In this document: positions 47,192-58,865 of the stretch, piece by piece | How the letters are laid out: the number at the start of each line of letters is the position of its first letter | Numbering within the stretch: position 1 is the stretch's first letter | Source: Actinomycetota bacterium | GTDB taxonomy: Bacteria > Actinomycetota > Acidimicrobiia > Acidimicrobiales > VFJN01 | NCBI GenBank assembly: GCA_049325515.1 | Contig: JBMOLI010000011.1 | Coordinates: 25,022 to 89,021, forward strand | Direction: 5' to 3' | Length of the DNA stretch: 64,000 bases | Notes under the pieces: model-generated | The model's input: only the letters and a program-made list of their open reading frames with translations | Databases searched by the model: none | What the model was told of the DNA's origin: nothing | Translations under genes and position numbers: made by a program

Positions 47192-48055
47192 ATGCAGGTC
47201 CAGAAGCTCACCTCAACCGACGGCTTCATCGTCTTCGACCTGGACGACGCGCCGGCGATTGGTGTCGTCCGCCTGGCGCCGAAGGTGCTGCGCGACAGCG
47301 CCGAGCTGCTGGCTCGCTCCACCACCTACGCGGCCGCCAGCTTCGGACTGCGCATCGGCGGAGGATCGGCCGGCATCAACGCCAAGCCCGACGATCGGGA
47401 GACCGCACTCGCCGCCTTCCTCGAAGACGTCGGCGACATGGTCGGCTCGGGTCGCTTCCTGCCAGGGCCGGGTCTTGGGGTCTCGCCCGATGACCTCACC
47501 TCGTTGCCCGATGCCGAGAAGCGTGCGCTGGCCTTCGACCAGACGACCGCGGCCGATGGTGCGGTGGCGGCAGCTCACGGCGCGCTGGGCTCGCTGGACG
47601 GTTGCCGCGTGGCGATCGTCGGCCAGGGCCCGCTCACCGAGGCCGCTGCGGCCGCTGCCGCGGCGCACGGTGCGACCCCGGAGCCGCAGGCGTCGTTCGA
47701 CGCCGACTGCGACGTGCTTCTCGTCGCCGGCAAGGCAGGGGTGCTGGAGCACGACCTTGCCGCCACGGTTCGGGCAAGGGTCGTCGTGCCGCTCACGCCG
47801 GTACCCGTCACGGCCCGCGCTCTCGCGGTGCTGGGCCGCGCCGACATCGTCGTCGTGCCCGACTTCCTCTCCACCGCGGCTCCGATGCTGGCGGCGTTGG
47901 ACCCAGATGGTGGCGACCCGCGCGACCGGGTGCGAGATGCCGTGGCGGATCTCGCCGGCGAGGGCACCAACCTCTGGATGGCAGCAGCACTGCGAGCCGA
48001 GGAGCACCTCAAGACCTGGCAGTCGGCGCTCCCCTTCGGCCGCCCCCTCGCCTAG
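47192..48055 (+). CDS. Glu/Leu/Phe/Val dehydrogenase-like protein, catalytic Lys replaced
   Basis: FGLRIGGGSAGINAKP aligns to the family signature [LIV]-x2-G-G-[SAG]-K-x-[GV] with Ser in the Lys position. A Rossmann-like VAIVGQGPLTEAAA is present. ATG 47192 lies 12 nt after the sulfatase stop. Confidence 0.7.
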   Translation: MQVQKLTSTDGFIVFDLDDAPAIGVVRLAPKVLRDSAELLARSTTYAAASFGLRIGGGSAGINAKPDDRETALAAFLEDVGDMVGSGRFLPGPGLGVSPDDLTSLPDAEKRALAFDQTTAADGAVAAAHGALGSLDGCRVAIVGQGPLTEAAAAAAAAHGATPEPQASFDADCDVLLVAGKAGVLEHDLAATVRARVVVPLTPVPVTARALAVLGRADIVVVPDFLSTAAPMLAALDPDGGDPRDRVRDAVADLAGEGTNLWMAAALRAEEHLKTWQSALPFGRPLA

Positions 48056-48085
48056 CTCCAGCCCGCCCCGGGTGGCCGAGGGCTC

Positions 48086-48152
48086 AACAACCAACGTCTG
48101 TGAACCCCAATGGCCGGTATGCGGACGTAGCGGTTCACAGACCTTGGTTGTT
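48086..48152 (+). repeat. 65-nt palindromic intergenic repeat, copy 3
   Basis: Arms AACAACCAACGTCTGTGAAC (48086-48105) and GTTCACAGACCTTGGTTGTT (48133-48152) with one mismatch. Core is cccaatggccggtatgcggacgtagcg. Confidence 0.9.
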
Positions 48153-48176
48153 TCTTAGAGTCTGACGATATTGTCA
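48144..48176 (+). promoter_or_regulatory. putative arsR-sulP promoter with overlapping palindromic operator
   Basis: TTGGTT (48144-48149, inside the repeat's right arm), then 17 nt, then GATATT (48167-48172). The imperfect palindrome TGACGATATTGTCA (48163-48176) overlaps the -10. An outer inverted repeat GAGTCTG (48158-48164) / CAGACTC (48192-48198) is also present. The region is locally AT-rich. Confidence 0.3.
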
Positions 48177-48214
48177 TCTCGTGACTTACGCAGACTCATC
48201 CCCGGACCGCCCCG

Positions 48215-48574
48215 ATGCCTGACGCAGCCCTGGCCGCGGCTCTGAGCCGACCTGTGTCAGAGGTGAAGGCAGAGCTCTTCAAGGCACTCGGCCATCCCGC
48301 TCGGATCCGGGTCTTGGAGGTGCTCTCGAGCGGGCCCCACTCCGTCGGCGACATGCAGCCCCTGGTGGGCATCGAGAGCTCCCACCTCTCGCAGCAGCTC
48401 GGCGTGTTGCGACGGGCGGGCCTCGTGACGACTCGCAAGCTGGGCGCCTCGGTCATCTACTCCCTCGCCGATCCTCTGCTGGCGGAGCTGCTCGCGGTGG
48501 CCAAGGCCTTCCTCATCGCATCGCTCGACCAGCGGGAGGGGCTGCTCGCCGACCTTCGAGCGGCGCAGTCATGA
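48215..48574 (+). CDS. ArsR/SmtB family transcriptional regulator
   Basis: Winged-HTH pattern ELFKALGHPARIRVLEVLSSGPHSVGDMQPLVGIESSHLSQQLGVLRRAGLV. Confidence 0.85.
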   Translation: MPDAALAAALSRPVSEVKAELFKALGHPARIRVLEVLSSGPHSVGDMQPLVGIESSHLSQQLGVLRRAGLVTTRKLGASVIYSLADPLLAELLAVAKAFLIASLDQREGLLADLRAAQS

Positions 48575-50253
48575 GCGTCCAAGGCCTCGCGTCGCTGCCG
48601 CCTCTCGCTTCGCTCATGCCGAGCCGACGCGACTACGCGGGCCTGCGCCGCTCGTGGCGCGGCGACGTGCTGGCAGGCGCCACCGTCGGCGTGGTCGCAC
48701 TCCCGCTCGCTCTGGCCTTCGGCATCACCACAGGCCTGGGCGCCGAAGCGGGCCTCACCACGGCGATAGTGGCAGGGCTCGTCGCCGCCGTGTTCGGCGG
48801 CTCGAACGTGCAGGTGTCCGGGCCAACCGGCGCCATGACGGTGGTGCTCGTGCCGGTTGTCGCCCGCCACGGGGCCGACGCGGTGCTCGTGGTGGGGATC
48901 ATGGCTGGGTTGCTCGTCTTGGCGGCGGCGGTCCTTCGACTCGGTCGCTACCTCGCCTTCGTGCCCTGGCCAGTCGTCGAGGGCTTCACCGTTGGCATCG
49001 CCGTGATCATCTTCCTGCAACAGGTGCCGTCTGCTCTCGGCGTGACGAAACCTGACGGCGAGAACACCGCCCTCGTCGCGGCCAAGGCGATCGACGAGGC
49101 CGTCGGCAGCGGGCGGATCGCGGCCCTCATGGTGGTGGCACTTGTGGCAGCGGTCATGGTGGTCGTCCCGCGGCTGCACCGCAGCCTGCCGGCGTCACTC
49201 CTCGCCGTGGCAGCTGCGACTGCCATCTGCGAGCTGGGGAGCATCGACGTGGCCCGCATCGGGTCGCTTCCAGGTTCCCTGCCGCTGCCCTCGCTCCCGT
49301 CGCTCCCGCTCGACCAGGTGAGCCAGCTCTTCTCCGCCGCGCTTGCCGTCGCGATCCTCGCGGCGCTCGAGAGCCTGCTCTCTGCCAAGGTGGCCGACGG
49401 CATGTCAGACGCCGGGCGCCACGACCCGGATCGGGAGCTCTTGGGGCAAGGACTCGCCAACATCGCATCTCCCCTGTTCGGCGGCATGCCGGCGACCGGT
49501 GCCATCGCCCGCACCGCGGTGAACGTCCGCAGTGGGGCTCGCACCCGAGTTGCGGCGGTCACCCACGCGGTGGTGCTGATGGCTGTCGTGCTCTTCGCTG
49601 GTGACCTCGTGAGCCGCATCCCGCTGGCGGCGCTGGCGGGCGTGCTCATGGTCACCGCCTGTCGGATGGTCGAGGTGCACAACGTGCGGGCAGTGGCGCG
49701 TGCCACGCGCTCCGACGCCGTCGTGCTGTGGCTGACGGCCCTGGCGACCGTCGCCTTCGATCTGATCATGGCGGTGGAGATCGGCATCGCAGCGGCCGCC
49801 GTGCTGGCCCTGCGGCACGTTGCGCGAACGGCACAGGCCACCCCCACGCCGGTGACCGAGCTGGGGCAGGACCAGGCCGAGTCGTTGCTGAACGAGGGCA
49901 TCCTCACCTACCGCCTCGACGGCGCCCTCTTCTTCGGTGCCGCTCAGCGCTTCCTCACGGAGCTGACCGCGATCAGCGACGCCAAGGTGGTGGTGCTGCG
50001 CCTGCCCGACATCCAGATGCTCGACGCCACGGGCGCTCAGGCGCTCGGCGAGATCGTCGCCGAGCTGGAGGACCGCGGCATCACGGTTCTTCTGAAGGGC
50101 CCGCGCCCCGGCCACCTGCGCGTTCTCGAGGTCACCGGTGCTCTCGATCGCCTGGCCCACGCCAACCATGTGTTCGACGACCTCGGTGCGGCTCTGGAGC
50201 ACGCCCGAAGCCACGTCGCCCGCGCGCCCATCAAGACCCCGGCCCCGGCCTAG
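48571..50253 (+). CDS. SulP family inorganic anion transporter with C-terminal STAS domain
   Basis: The ATG overlaps the arsR stop (ATGA). There are about 11 TM helices and the SulP texts GATVGVVALPLALAFG and FGGMPATGAIARTAVN. The STAS tail is YRLDGALFFGAAQRF ... LDATGAQALGEI. Confidence 0.9.
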   Translation: MSVQGLASLPPLASLMPSRRDYAGLRRSWRGDVLAGATVGVVALPLALAFGITTGLGAEAGLTTAIVAGLVAAVFGGSNVQVSGPTGAMTVVLVPVVARHGADAVLVVGIMAGLLVLAAAVLRLGRYLAFVPWPVVEGFTVGIAVIIFLQQVPSALGVTKPDGENTALVAAKAIDEAVGSGRIAALMVVALVAAVMVVVPRLHRSLPASLLAVAAATAICELGSIDVARIGSLPGSLPLPSLPSLPLDQVSQLFSAALAVAILAALESLLSAKVADGMSDAGRHDPDRELLGQGLANIASPLFGGMPATGAIARTAVNVRSGARTRVAAVTHAVVLMAVVLFAGDLVSRIPLAALAGVLMVTACRMVEVHNVRAVARATRSDAVVLWLTALATVAFDLIMAVEIGIAAAAVLALRHVARTAQATPTPVTELGQDQAESLLNEGILTYRLDGALFFGAAQRFLTELTAISDAKVVVLRLPDIQMLDATGAQALGEIVAELEDRGITVLLKGPRPGHLRVLEVTGALDRLAHANHVFDDLGAALEHARSHVARAPIKTPAPA

Positions 50254-50265
50254 CCCCGAGGGCTC

Positions 50266-50326
50266 AACAACCGACGTCTGTGAACCCCTATGCCCGGTAT
50301 GCGGACGTGGCGGTTCACAGACCTTG
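50266..50326 (+). repeat. 65-nt palindromic intergenic repeat, copy 4 (right arm truncated)
   Basis: Left arm AACAACCGACGTCTGTGAAC (50266-50285), core ccctatgcccggtatgcggacgtggcg, and right arm GTTCACAGACCTTG (50313-50326), which then diverges into the coding sequence of the convergent gene. Confidence 0.85.
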
Positions 50327-51112
50327 CAGGAGCTTGCTGCGGAAGAGGTCGAGCACCTGGTCGAGCGCGTCGCGCGTGGGGTGGCCGGGCTCGTCGACCA
50401 GGTGGACGGTGAGCACCGAGTGAGCTGTGCGGGGGTTGCCGTGCGGGTTGCCGGGAGACGAGTCGATCTCAACGGCGACGAAGCGGTCACCGAGTGCTTC
50501 ACGCAGGTGGTCGAAGCGCTCCTTCGGCACGAACTTGTCGGCAGTGAAGCGCAGGCCGAGCACGCACAGCTCAGCCTCCTTGTCCATGCGCGCCTTCACC
50601 TTCGCGAGATCGGCGTCGCTGATGTAGAGCCCGCGCTTGGCCTTCCTGCTGAAGCCGAGCGGCAGCGACGGCTGGCTCATCACAGGTGCGACCACGGACG
50701 TGTCGGTCAGCATCGCCAGCGCGAAGTTGCCGGTGAAGCACATGCCGACCACACCGACTCCCGGCCCCCCGTTGCGCTCGTGCTCGTAGCGAGCGAGGGC
50801 CTTGCACCACTCGATGACGGGGCTCGTCTTGCCAGTGGCCCAGGCAGAGAACTCCTTCGACACGCACGCCGGGCCCATCGCCCGCAACGTCGTGCCCACG
50901 CTCATCGCCGCACCCGGGATCCCGAACAGGTGTGGGAGCACGGCGGTGCAGCCGATGTCGACGACGCGGTCAGCGAAGTCGATCACCGGCGGCGTCATGC
51001 CCGGCATCTCCGCGATCACGAGCACGGCGGGCCCGGAGCCACGGCGGTACACGTCGCGCTGCTTGCCATCGAACGTGAACGTGTCCTTGTCGTACGCAGC
51101 GAGGTCACCCAT
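50315..51112 (-). CDS. dienelactone hydrolase family protein
   Basis: AVLVIAEMPGMTP ... VGVVGMCFTGNFAL (the nucleophile-elbow Cys of DLH-type hydrolases). ATG 51112 (MGDLAAYDKD) chosen. The stop TGA (50317-50315) lies inside repeat copy 4. Confidence 0.8.
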   Translation of the reverse strand: MGDLAAYDKDTFTFDGKQRDVYRRGSGPAVLVIAEMPGMTPPVIDFADRVVDIGCTAVLPHLFGIPGAAMSVGTTLRAMGPACVSKEFSAWATGKTSPVIEWCKALARYEHERNGGPGVGVVGMCFTGNFALAMLTDTSVVAPVMSQPSLPLGFSRKAKRGLYISDADLAKVKARMDKEAELCVLGLRFTADKFVPKERFDHLREALGDRFVAVEIDSSPGNPHGNPRTAHSVLTVHLVDEPGHPTRDALDQVLDLFRSKLLQGL

Positions 51113-51157
51113 GGCGGCGCACCGTACCCGCGCGGCGGCAGGGCAGACTGACCGACC

Positions 51158-52087
51158 GTGCACCCCTTCCGCTTCGGCATCCAGTGCAGAGGTCCGGCCG
51201 ACCCTCAGGGTTGGCCCGCGCTGGCGCGCAAGGTGGAGGACCTCGGCTGGTCGACGCTCACCGTGGCCGACCACTTGGACGACCAGCTGGCTCCCATCCC
51301 CGCGCTGATGTCAGCGGCCGCCGCCACCACGACCCTGCGTGTGGGCACGATGGTGCTCGCCAACGACTACCGGCACCCCGTCGTGGTCGCCAAGGAGGCG
51401 GCCACCCTGGACGTGCTCACCGGGGGACGCTTCGAGCTCGGCATCGGGGCCGGGTGGATGACGTCGGACTACGAGTCCGCCGGCATCCCACTCGAGCGGG
51501 CAGGCCTGCGCATCGACCGCCTGTCCGAGGCGCTGACCGTCCTGCGCGGGCTCTGGGCCGACGGGTCGTTCTCGTTCGAGGGCGACCACTACCGCATCAG
51601 CGACTTGGACGGCACCCCACAGCCGCTCACGCCAGGCGGCCCGAGGATCGTGATCGGCGGCGGCGGTGAGCGGGTGCTGCGCCTCGCCGCGCAGACAGCG
51701 GACGTCATTGCGGTGAACGTGAACCTACGAGCAGGCGTGATCGACGAGCGGGCCTTCCCGGACGGCACGCCCGAGTCCACCGATCGCAAGATCGCGTGGA
51801 TCCGGGACGCAGCCGGTGAGCGCTTCGAAGCGATCGAGCTCCAGGCCCGTGTGCACCTCGCCATGGTCACCGACGACCGCGATCGCGTCATCGAGGAGCT
51901 GGCCCCCGCCTTCGGATTGACTCCCGATGAGGCCGCCGCCACACCTCACGCGCTGGTCGGCAGCGTCGAGCAGATCTGCGACCAGCTCGTCGAGCGCCGC
52001 GAGCGCTGGGGCATCTCCTACCTAGGGATGTCAGCCGACCAGCTCGAACCCTTCGCCCCAGTCATCGCCAAGCTCGCGGGCACCTAG
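51158..52087 (+). CDS. LLM class F420-dependent oxidoreductase
   Basis: HPFRFGIQ N-terminus, STLTVADHL and GGRFELGIGAGW are luciferase-like monooxygenase family features of the F420 subgroup. Confidence 0.8.
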   Translation: MHPFRFGIQCRGPADPQGWPALARKVEDLGWSTLTVADHLDDQLAPIPALMSAAAATTTLRVGTMVLANDYRHPVVVAKEAATLDVLTGGRFELGIGAGWMTSDYESAGIPLERAGLRIDRLSEALTVLRGLWADGSFSFEGDHYRISDLDGTPQPLTPGGPRIVIGGGGERVLRLAAQTADVIAVNVNLRAGVIDERAFPDGTPESTDRKIAWIRDAAGERFEAIELQARVHLAMVTDDRDRVIEELAPAFGLTPDEAAATPHALVGSVEQICDQLVERRERWGISYLGMSADQLEPFAPVIAKLAGT

Positions 52088-52102
52088 CTCGCCGGCTGGC
52101 CG

Positions 52103-52693
52103 TCAGCATGAGGCGGTGAGGGCCAGGCCGATGAGCCCACCGTCGTCGGGGCCGTCGCCGGGGGCGCTGGCGAGGCCGGCGGCGCTCACGCCGTCGGACC
52201 GTGTGCGCACCAGCGAGGTGGCGGCCTTCGGGTCGCGCAGGTCGGTGACCTGGCCACCCACCTCGATGCGCTGCGCCTGCAGGATGCGAGCGGTGTCGGA
52301 GTAGGTGACGGTGTCGGTGAAGGTGACGACATCGGTACCGGTAGCGAAGCGCTGGAGCTCGATCGTGAACGCCACTCCGGAGCCCGTGGTGCCGGCCCCT
52401 TCGAGCGTCACGAGGGTGCGGGCGCCGGCCGGCTCGGCCGGGTCGGGTTCGAGTCGGCACGCGGTCACGGCGAACGAGCTGGTGGTGCCACCCACGACCA
52501 CGACGCCGGTGCCGGTGGGCGCGGGCGACGGCACCTCGGGCACCTCGGGCCTGGCGATCGTCGGACTCGTGCCGGTGCCCCCCGAGTCGTGAGGTGGAGC
52601 GGCGTCGCCCGAGCCTGACGAGCACGCCGCGACCACCAGCGCCGCAATCAGCAGAGCGGGACGGCCGGGGCGGAGGTCGCGCCTGGCACTCAC
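52103..52693 (-). CDS. putative lipoprotein, hypothetical
   Basis: GTG 52693 overlaps the guaA stop (GTGA). The signal peptide [14 protein letters not shown] has a lipobox (VAAC) and is followed by a Ser/Gly/Pro linker. Confidence 0.6.
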   Translation of the reverse strand: MSARRDLRPGRPALLIAALVVAACSSGSGDAAPPHDSGGTGTSPTIARPEVPEVPSPAPTGTGVVVVGGTTSSFAVTACRLEPDPAEPAGARTLVTLEGAGTTGSGVAFTIELQRFATGTDVVTFTDTVTYSDTARILQAQRIEVGGQVTDLRDPKAATSLVRTRSDGVSAAGLASAPGDGPDDGGLIGLALTASC

Positions 52694-54264
52694 TCCCACT
52701 CGATGGTGCCGGGCGGCTTCGAGGTGACGTCGAGGACGACGCGGTTGACCTCTCGCACCTCGTTGGTGATGCGGGTCGAGATGTCCGCCAGCACGTCGTA
52801 GGGCACGCGCGTCCAGTCGGCGGTCATGGCGTCCTCGCTCGACACCGGCCGCAGCACCACCGGGTGGCCGTAGGTGCGGCCGTCGCCCTGCACACCCACT
52901 GACCGCACGTCCGCGAGCAGCACGACCGGGCACTGCCAGATGTCGCGGTCGAGGCCGGCCGCCGACAGCTCTTCGCGAGCGATGGCGTCGGCGGCGCGCA
53001 GCACGTCGAGACGCTCGCGCGTGACCTCGCCGACGATCCGGATGCCGAGCCCGGGGCCGGGGAAGGGCTGCCGCCAGACGATGGCCTCGGGCAGTCCGAG
53101 CTCGAGGCCCACCTTGCGCACCTCGTCCTTGAAGAGCGTGCGCAGAGGCTCGACGAGGGAGAACTCGAGGTCGTCAGGCAGGCCGCCCACGTTGTGGTGG
53201 CTCTTGATGTTGGCCGTGCCGGTGCCGCCGCCCGACTCGACTACGTCGGGGTACAGCGTGCCCTGCACGAGGAAGTCGACGGTCTCACCGTGGGCGCCGG
53301 CTTCGGCGATCACCTCGCGGGCTGCCTCCTCGAACACGCGGATGAACTCGCGGCCGATGACCTTGCGCTTCTCCTCCGGGTCGGTGACGCCCGCCAGCGC
53401 GGACAAGAAGCGCTCCTGCGCGTCGACGACCTTGAGATCGACGCCGGTGGCGGCCACGAAGTCACGCTCGACCTGCTCAGGCTCGCCCGCTCGAAGCAGG
53501 CCGTGGTCGACGAACACACACGTGAGGCGGTCGCCAACGGCCCGCTGCACCAGCGCTGCCGCGACAGCGGAGTCGACTCCGCCGGACAAGCCGCACAGCA
53601 CCCGCTTGCCGCCCACCGTCGCCTGGATCGCCGCGACCTGCTCGTCGATGACGCTCGTCATGGTCCAGGTGGGCTGCGCTCCGGCGATCTCGTAGAGGAA
53701 GTGCTCGAGCACGGCCTGGCCGTGCTCGGTGTGGAGCACCTCGGGGTGGAACTGCACACCGGCGTGGCGCTGCCCCGGGTGCTCGAAGGCCGCGACCGTC
53801 GCGCCGGCTGAGCGGGCAGTGACGAGGAACCCGTCTGGCGCGGCGACCACCGAGTCGCCGTGGCTCATCCACACCGACTGCGCCGAGGGCAGGCCGTGGA
53901 AGAGCGTGGAGTCGGGTGCTGTCACCGTGAGCGACGTGCGGCCGAATTCAGCCAAGCCGGTGCGGGCGACCTCGCCGCCGAGCGCGAGAGCCTGCGCCTG
54001 GAACCCGTAGCAGATGCCGAAGGTCGGGATGCCGGCGTCGAACAGCGCGGGGTCGACGCTGGGTGCCCCGTCCGCATAGACGGAGGAGGGCCCCCCGGAG
54101 AGGATGATCGCAACTGGCCGCCGCGCCACCATCTCGGACACTGGCATCGTGTGGGGCACGATCTCGCTGTAGACGCGAGCCTCCCGCACCCTTCGCGCGA
54201 TCAGCTGTGCGTACTGCGCGCCGAAGTCGACGACGAGGACCGGCGCGTCGGCTCCGTGGGTCAT
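52690..54264 (-). CDS. guaA: glutamine-hydrolysing GMP synthase
   Basis: GATase [20 protein letters not shown] ... ICYGFQ; ATP-PPase P-loop [14 protein letters not shown]; C-terminus [12 protein letters not shown] 54264 overlaps the guaB3 stop (ATGA). Confidence 0.95.
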   Translation of the reverse strand: MTHGADAPVLVVDFGAQYAQLIARRVREARVYSEIVPHTMPVSEMVARRPVAIILSGGPSSVYADGAPSVDPALFDAGIPTFGICYGFQAQALALGGEVARTGLAEFGRTSLTVTAPDSTLFHGLPSAQSVWMSHGDSVVAAPDGFLVTARSAGATVAAFEHPGQRHAGVQFHPEVLHTEHGQAVLEHFLYEIAGAQPTWTMTSVIDEQVAAIQATVGGKRVLCGLSGGVDSAVAAALVQRAVGDRLTCVFVDHGLLRAGEPEQVERDFVAATGVDLKVVDAQERFLSALAGVTDPEEKRKVIGREFIRVFEEAAREVIAEAGAHGETVDFLVQGTLYPDVVESGGGTGTANIKSHHNVGGLPDDLEFSLVEPLRTLFKDEVRKVGLELGLPEAIVWRQPFPGPGLGIRIVGEVTRERLDVLRAADAIAREELSAAGLDRDIWQCPVVLLADVRSVGVQGDGRTYGHPVVLRPVSSEDAMTADWTRVPYDVLADISTRITNEVREVNRVVLDVTSKPPGTIEWE

Positions 54265-55367
54265 CGGAGCGCGACCACCTCGGCCTTCTGGAAGTCCTTC
54301 AGGGTCTCGTAGCCGCACAGCGCCATGGCGCGCCTCAGCGCACCGAAGAGGTTGCGCTGACCGTCGGCCTCGTGAGCCGGACCGATCAGGATCTCCTCCA
54401 ACGAGCCGCGCGGCTCGACAGGGACGCGGTGCCCGCGAGGCAAGGTGGCGTGAGCCGCTGTGTTGCCCCAGTGGAACCCGCGGCCCGGCGCGTCGGTGGC
54501 CGCGGCGAGAGGCGTGCCGACCATCACGGCATCCGCACCACAGACGATGGCCTTGGCGAGATCGCCCCCGGTGGTCATGCCTCCGTCGGCGATCACGTGG
54601 ACGTAGACACCGGTCTCGTCGAGGTGGCGCATGCGCGCAGCGCGCGCGTCGGCGATGGCAGTGGCCATCGGGATCCCCACGCCCAGCACCTGGCGCGTCG
54701 TGCCCGCCGATCCGGAGCCTGCACCTACGAGGACTCCGGCCGCGCCCGTGCGCATCAGGTGCAGCGCGGCCTGGTACGACGTGCAGCCGCCGACGATGAC
54801 CGGGATCTCGTAGTGGCGGATGAAGTCCTTCAGGTTGAGGGGCTCGTCGCCGCGCGAGACGTGCTCGGCCGACACGACCGTGCCGTGGATCACCAGCAGA
54901 TCGGGCTCGGCCTTCAGGATGTGCGGTGCGAGGCGCAGCGTGCGCTGTGGCGTGCAGGCGACCGCAACCGTGATCCCCGCGGCCTTCAGCTCGCCGATGC
55001 GCTGCTCCACGAGGTCGGGCTGCACGGGCTCTGCGTAGAGCTCCTGCATCCGCTCGGTGGCCTTCTCGGGAGAGGCCGAGGCGATCTCGTCGAGGATCGG
55101 CTCGGGGTCCGCATAGCGGGTCCACAGACCCTCCAGATGCAGCACTCCGAGCCCGCCGAGGCGGCCGAGCTCGGCAGCAACGGCCGGCGAGACGACGCTG
55201 TCGGACGGCGATGCGATGACCGGGAGCTCGAAGTGGAAGGCGTCGATCTCCCACGAGATGTCGACCTCCTCGGGATCGCGTGTGCGCCTGCTCGGCACGA
55301 TCGCGATCTCGTCGAAGCCATAGGCGCGGCGCCCGGACTTGCCGATGCCGATCTCGACGTCAGCCAT
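54261..55367 (-). CDS. GuaB3 family IMP dehydrogenase-related protein
   Basis: [36 protein letters not shown]... has a TIM-barrel IMPDH-like core ([16 protein letters not shown]) and no CBS pair. Length about 368 aa. Confidence 0.85.
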   Translation of the reverse strand: MADVEIGIGKSGRRAYGFDEIAIVPSRRTRDPEEVDISWEIDAFHFELPVIASPSDSVVSPAVAAELGRLGGLGVLHLEGLWTRYADPEPILDEIASASPEKATERMQELYAEPVQPDLVEQRIGELKAAGITVAVACTPQRTLRLAPHILKAEPDLLVIHGTVVSAEHVSRGDEPLNLKDFIRHYEIPVIVGGCTSYQAALHLMRTGAAGVLVGAGSGSAGTTRQVLGVGIPMATAIADARAARMRHLDETGVYVHVIADGGMTTGGDLAKAIVCGADAVMVGTPLAAATDAPGRGFHWGNTAAHATLPRGHRVPVEPRGSLEEILIGPAHEADGQRNLFGALRRAMALCGYETLKDFQKAEVVALR

Positions 55368-55398
55368 GGCTGAGGACCCTCCGTCCCAAAATGAGGAA

Positions 55399-55428
55399 GG
55401 CGCCATGCTAGCCCGCAGGCCTGGCGCC
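55399..55428 (-). terminator. intrinsic-terminator-like hairpin between the alpha/beta hydrolase gene and guaB3
   Basis: GGCGCCA (55399-55405) pairs with TGGCGCC (55422-55428). Read on the minus strand, the stem is followed by TTCCTCATTTT. Confidence 0.35.
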
Positions 55429-55479
55429 CCTTTGCACCGGTTCGCGTCCCCCACGCACCCGGATTCGGTGCCCGGCTTC

Positions 55480-58055
<2,576 letters not shown>

Positions 58056-58124
58056 GCGCCCACTGCACGTCAGCGCCGAAATGAGTGCGGCAGAGCACGC
58101 CCGCGTGATGCACAGTCACACCCC

Positions 58125-58865
58125 GTGACAGCCCTCCTGGAAGCCGACCGGCTGGCGAAGCGCTTCGGCGACCTCCAAGCCGTCGACGGTGTGACCCTCC
58201 ACGTGCGCGCCCGCGAGCGGGTGGCCATCGTCGGCCCGAACGGTGCCGGCAAGACCACGACGCTGCTCATGGCTCTGGGTGCCATCGACCCCGACGAGGG
58301 CACCGTCCGCATCGCCGGCCACCCCTTGCCGGCGCAGCGGCACCAGGCGATGCGTTCCGTCGGCTTCGCGGCTGGCTACCTGCCTCTGCCCGACCGGCTC
58401 AAGGTGAGCGAGGCGCTGCGCTTCTTCGCAGACCTGTCCGAGGTCGAGGCTCCTCGCACCGCCGTCGAGACCGTCCTCGAAGAGCTCGACATCGTGCACC
58501 TTCGCTCGAAGCTCTGCATGCACCTGTCATCCGGTCAGCGCACCCTGGTCGGCATCGCCAAGGCCACGCTGCACCAGCCGCGACTGCTCGTTCTCGACGA
58601 GCCGACCGCATCGCTCGACCCCGACATCGCGCTGCGCGTGCGCGACCGGCTGGCTGTCATCAACGAGCAGCACCACACCGCGCTGCTCCTCACGAGCCAC
58701 GACATGCGCGAGGTCGAGTCGCTCACCGAGCGCGTCGTGTTCCTTCGCAACGGCCGAGTGATCGCCGACGGCCCGCCGGCCGAGGTGGCTGCCGACGGAG
58801 GCCACGACTCGCTCGAGGCGCTGTTCCTCGCTGAGGCCGCCCGCTACAGGGAGACGCAGCTGTGA
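58125..58865 (+). CDS. ABC transporter ATP-binding protein
   Basis: Walker A GPNGAGKTT, signature LSSGQRT and Walker B LLVLDEPT. Confidence 0.9.
   Translation: MTALLEADRLAKRFGDLQAVDGVTLHVRARERVAIVGPNGAGKTTTLLMALGAIDPDEGTVRIAGHPLPAQRHQAMRSVGFAAGYLPLPDRLKVSEALRFFADLSEVEAPRTAVETVLEELDIVHLRSKLCMHLSSGQRTLVGIAKATLHQPRLLVLDEPTASLDPDIALRVRDRLAVINEQHHTALLLTSHDMREVESLTERVVFLRNGRVIADGPPAEVAADGGHDSLEALFLAEAARYRETQL

Noticed and set aside
54265-55254. Apparent 330-residue N-terminal extension making an 854-aa 'GuaA fusion'
   Set aside because: The extension is another frame of the guaB3 gene. GuaA begins with its normal GATase N-terminus at ATG 54264, which overlaps the guaB3 stop.
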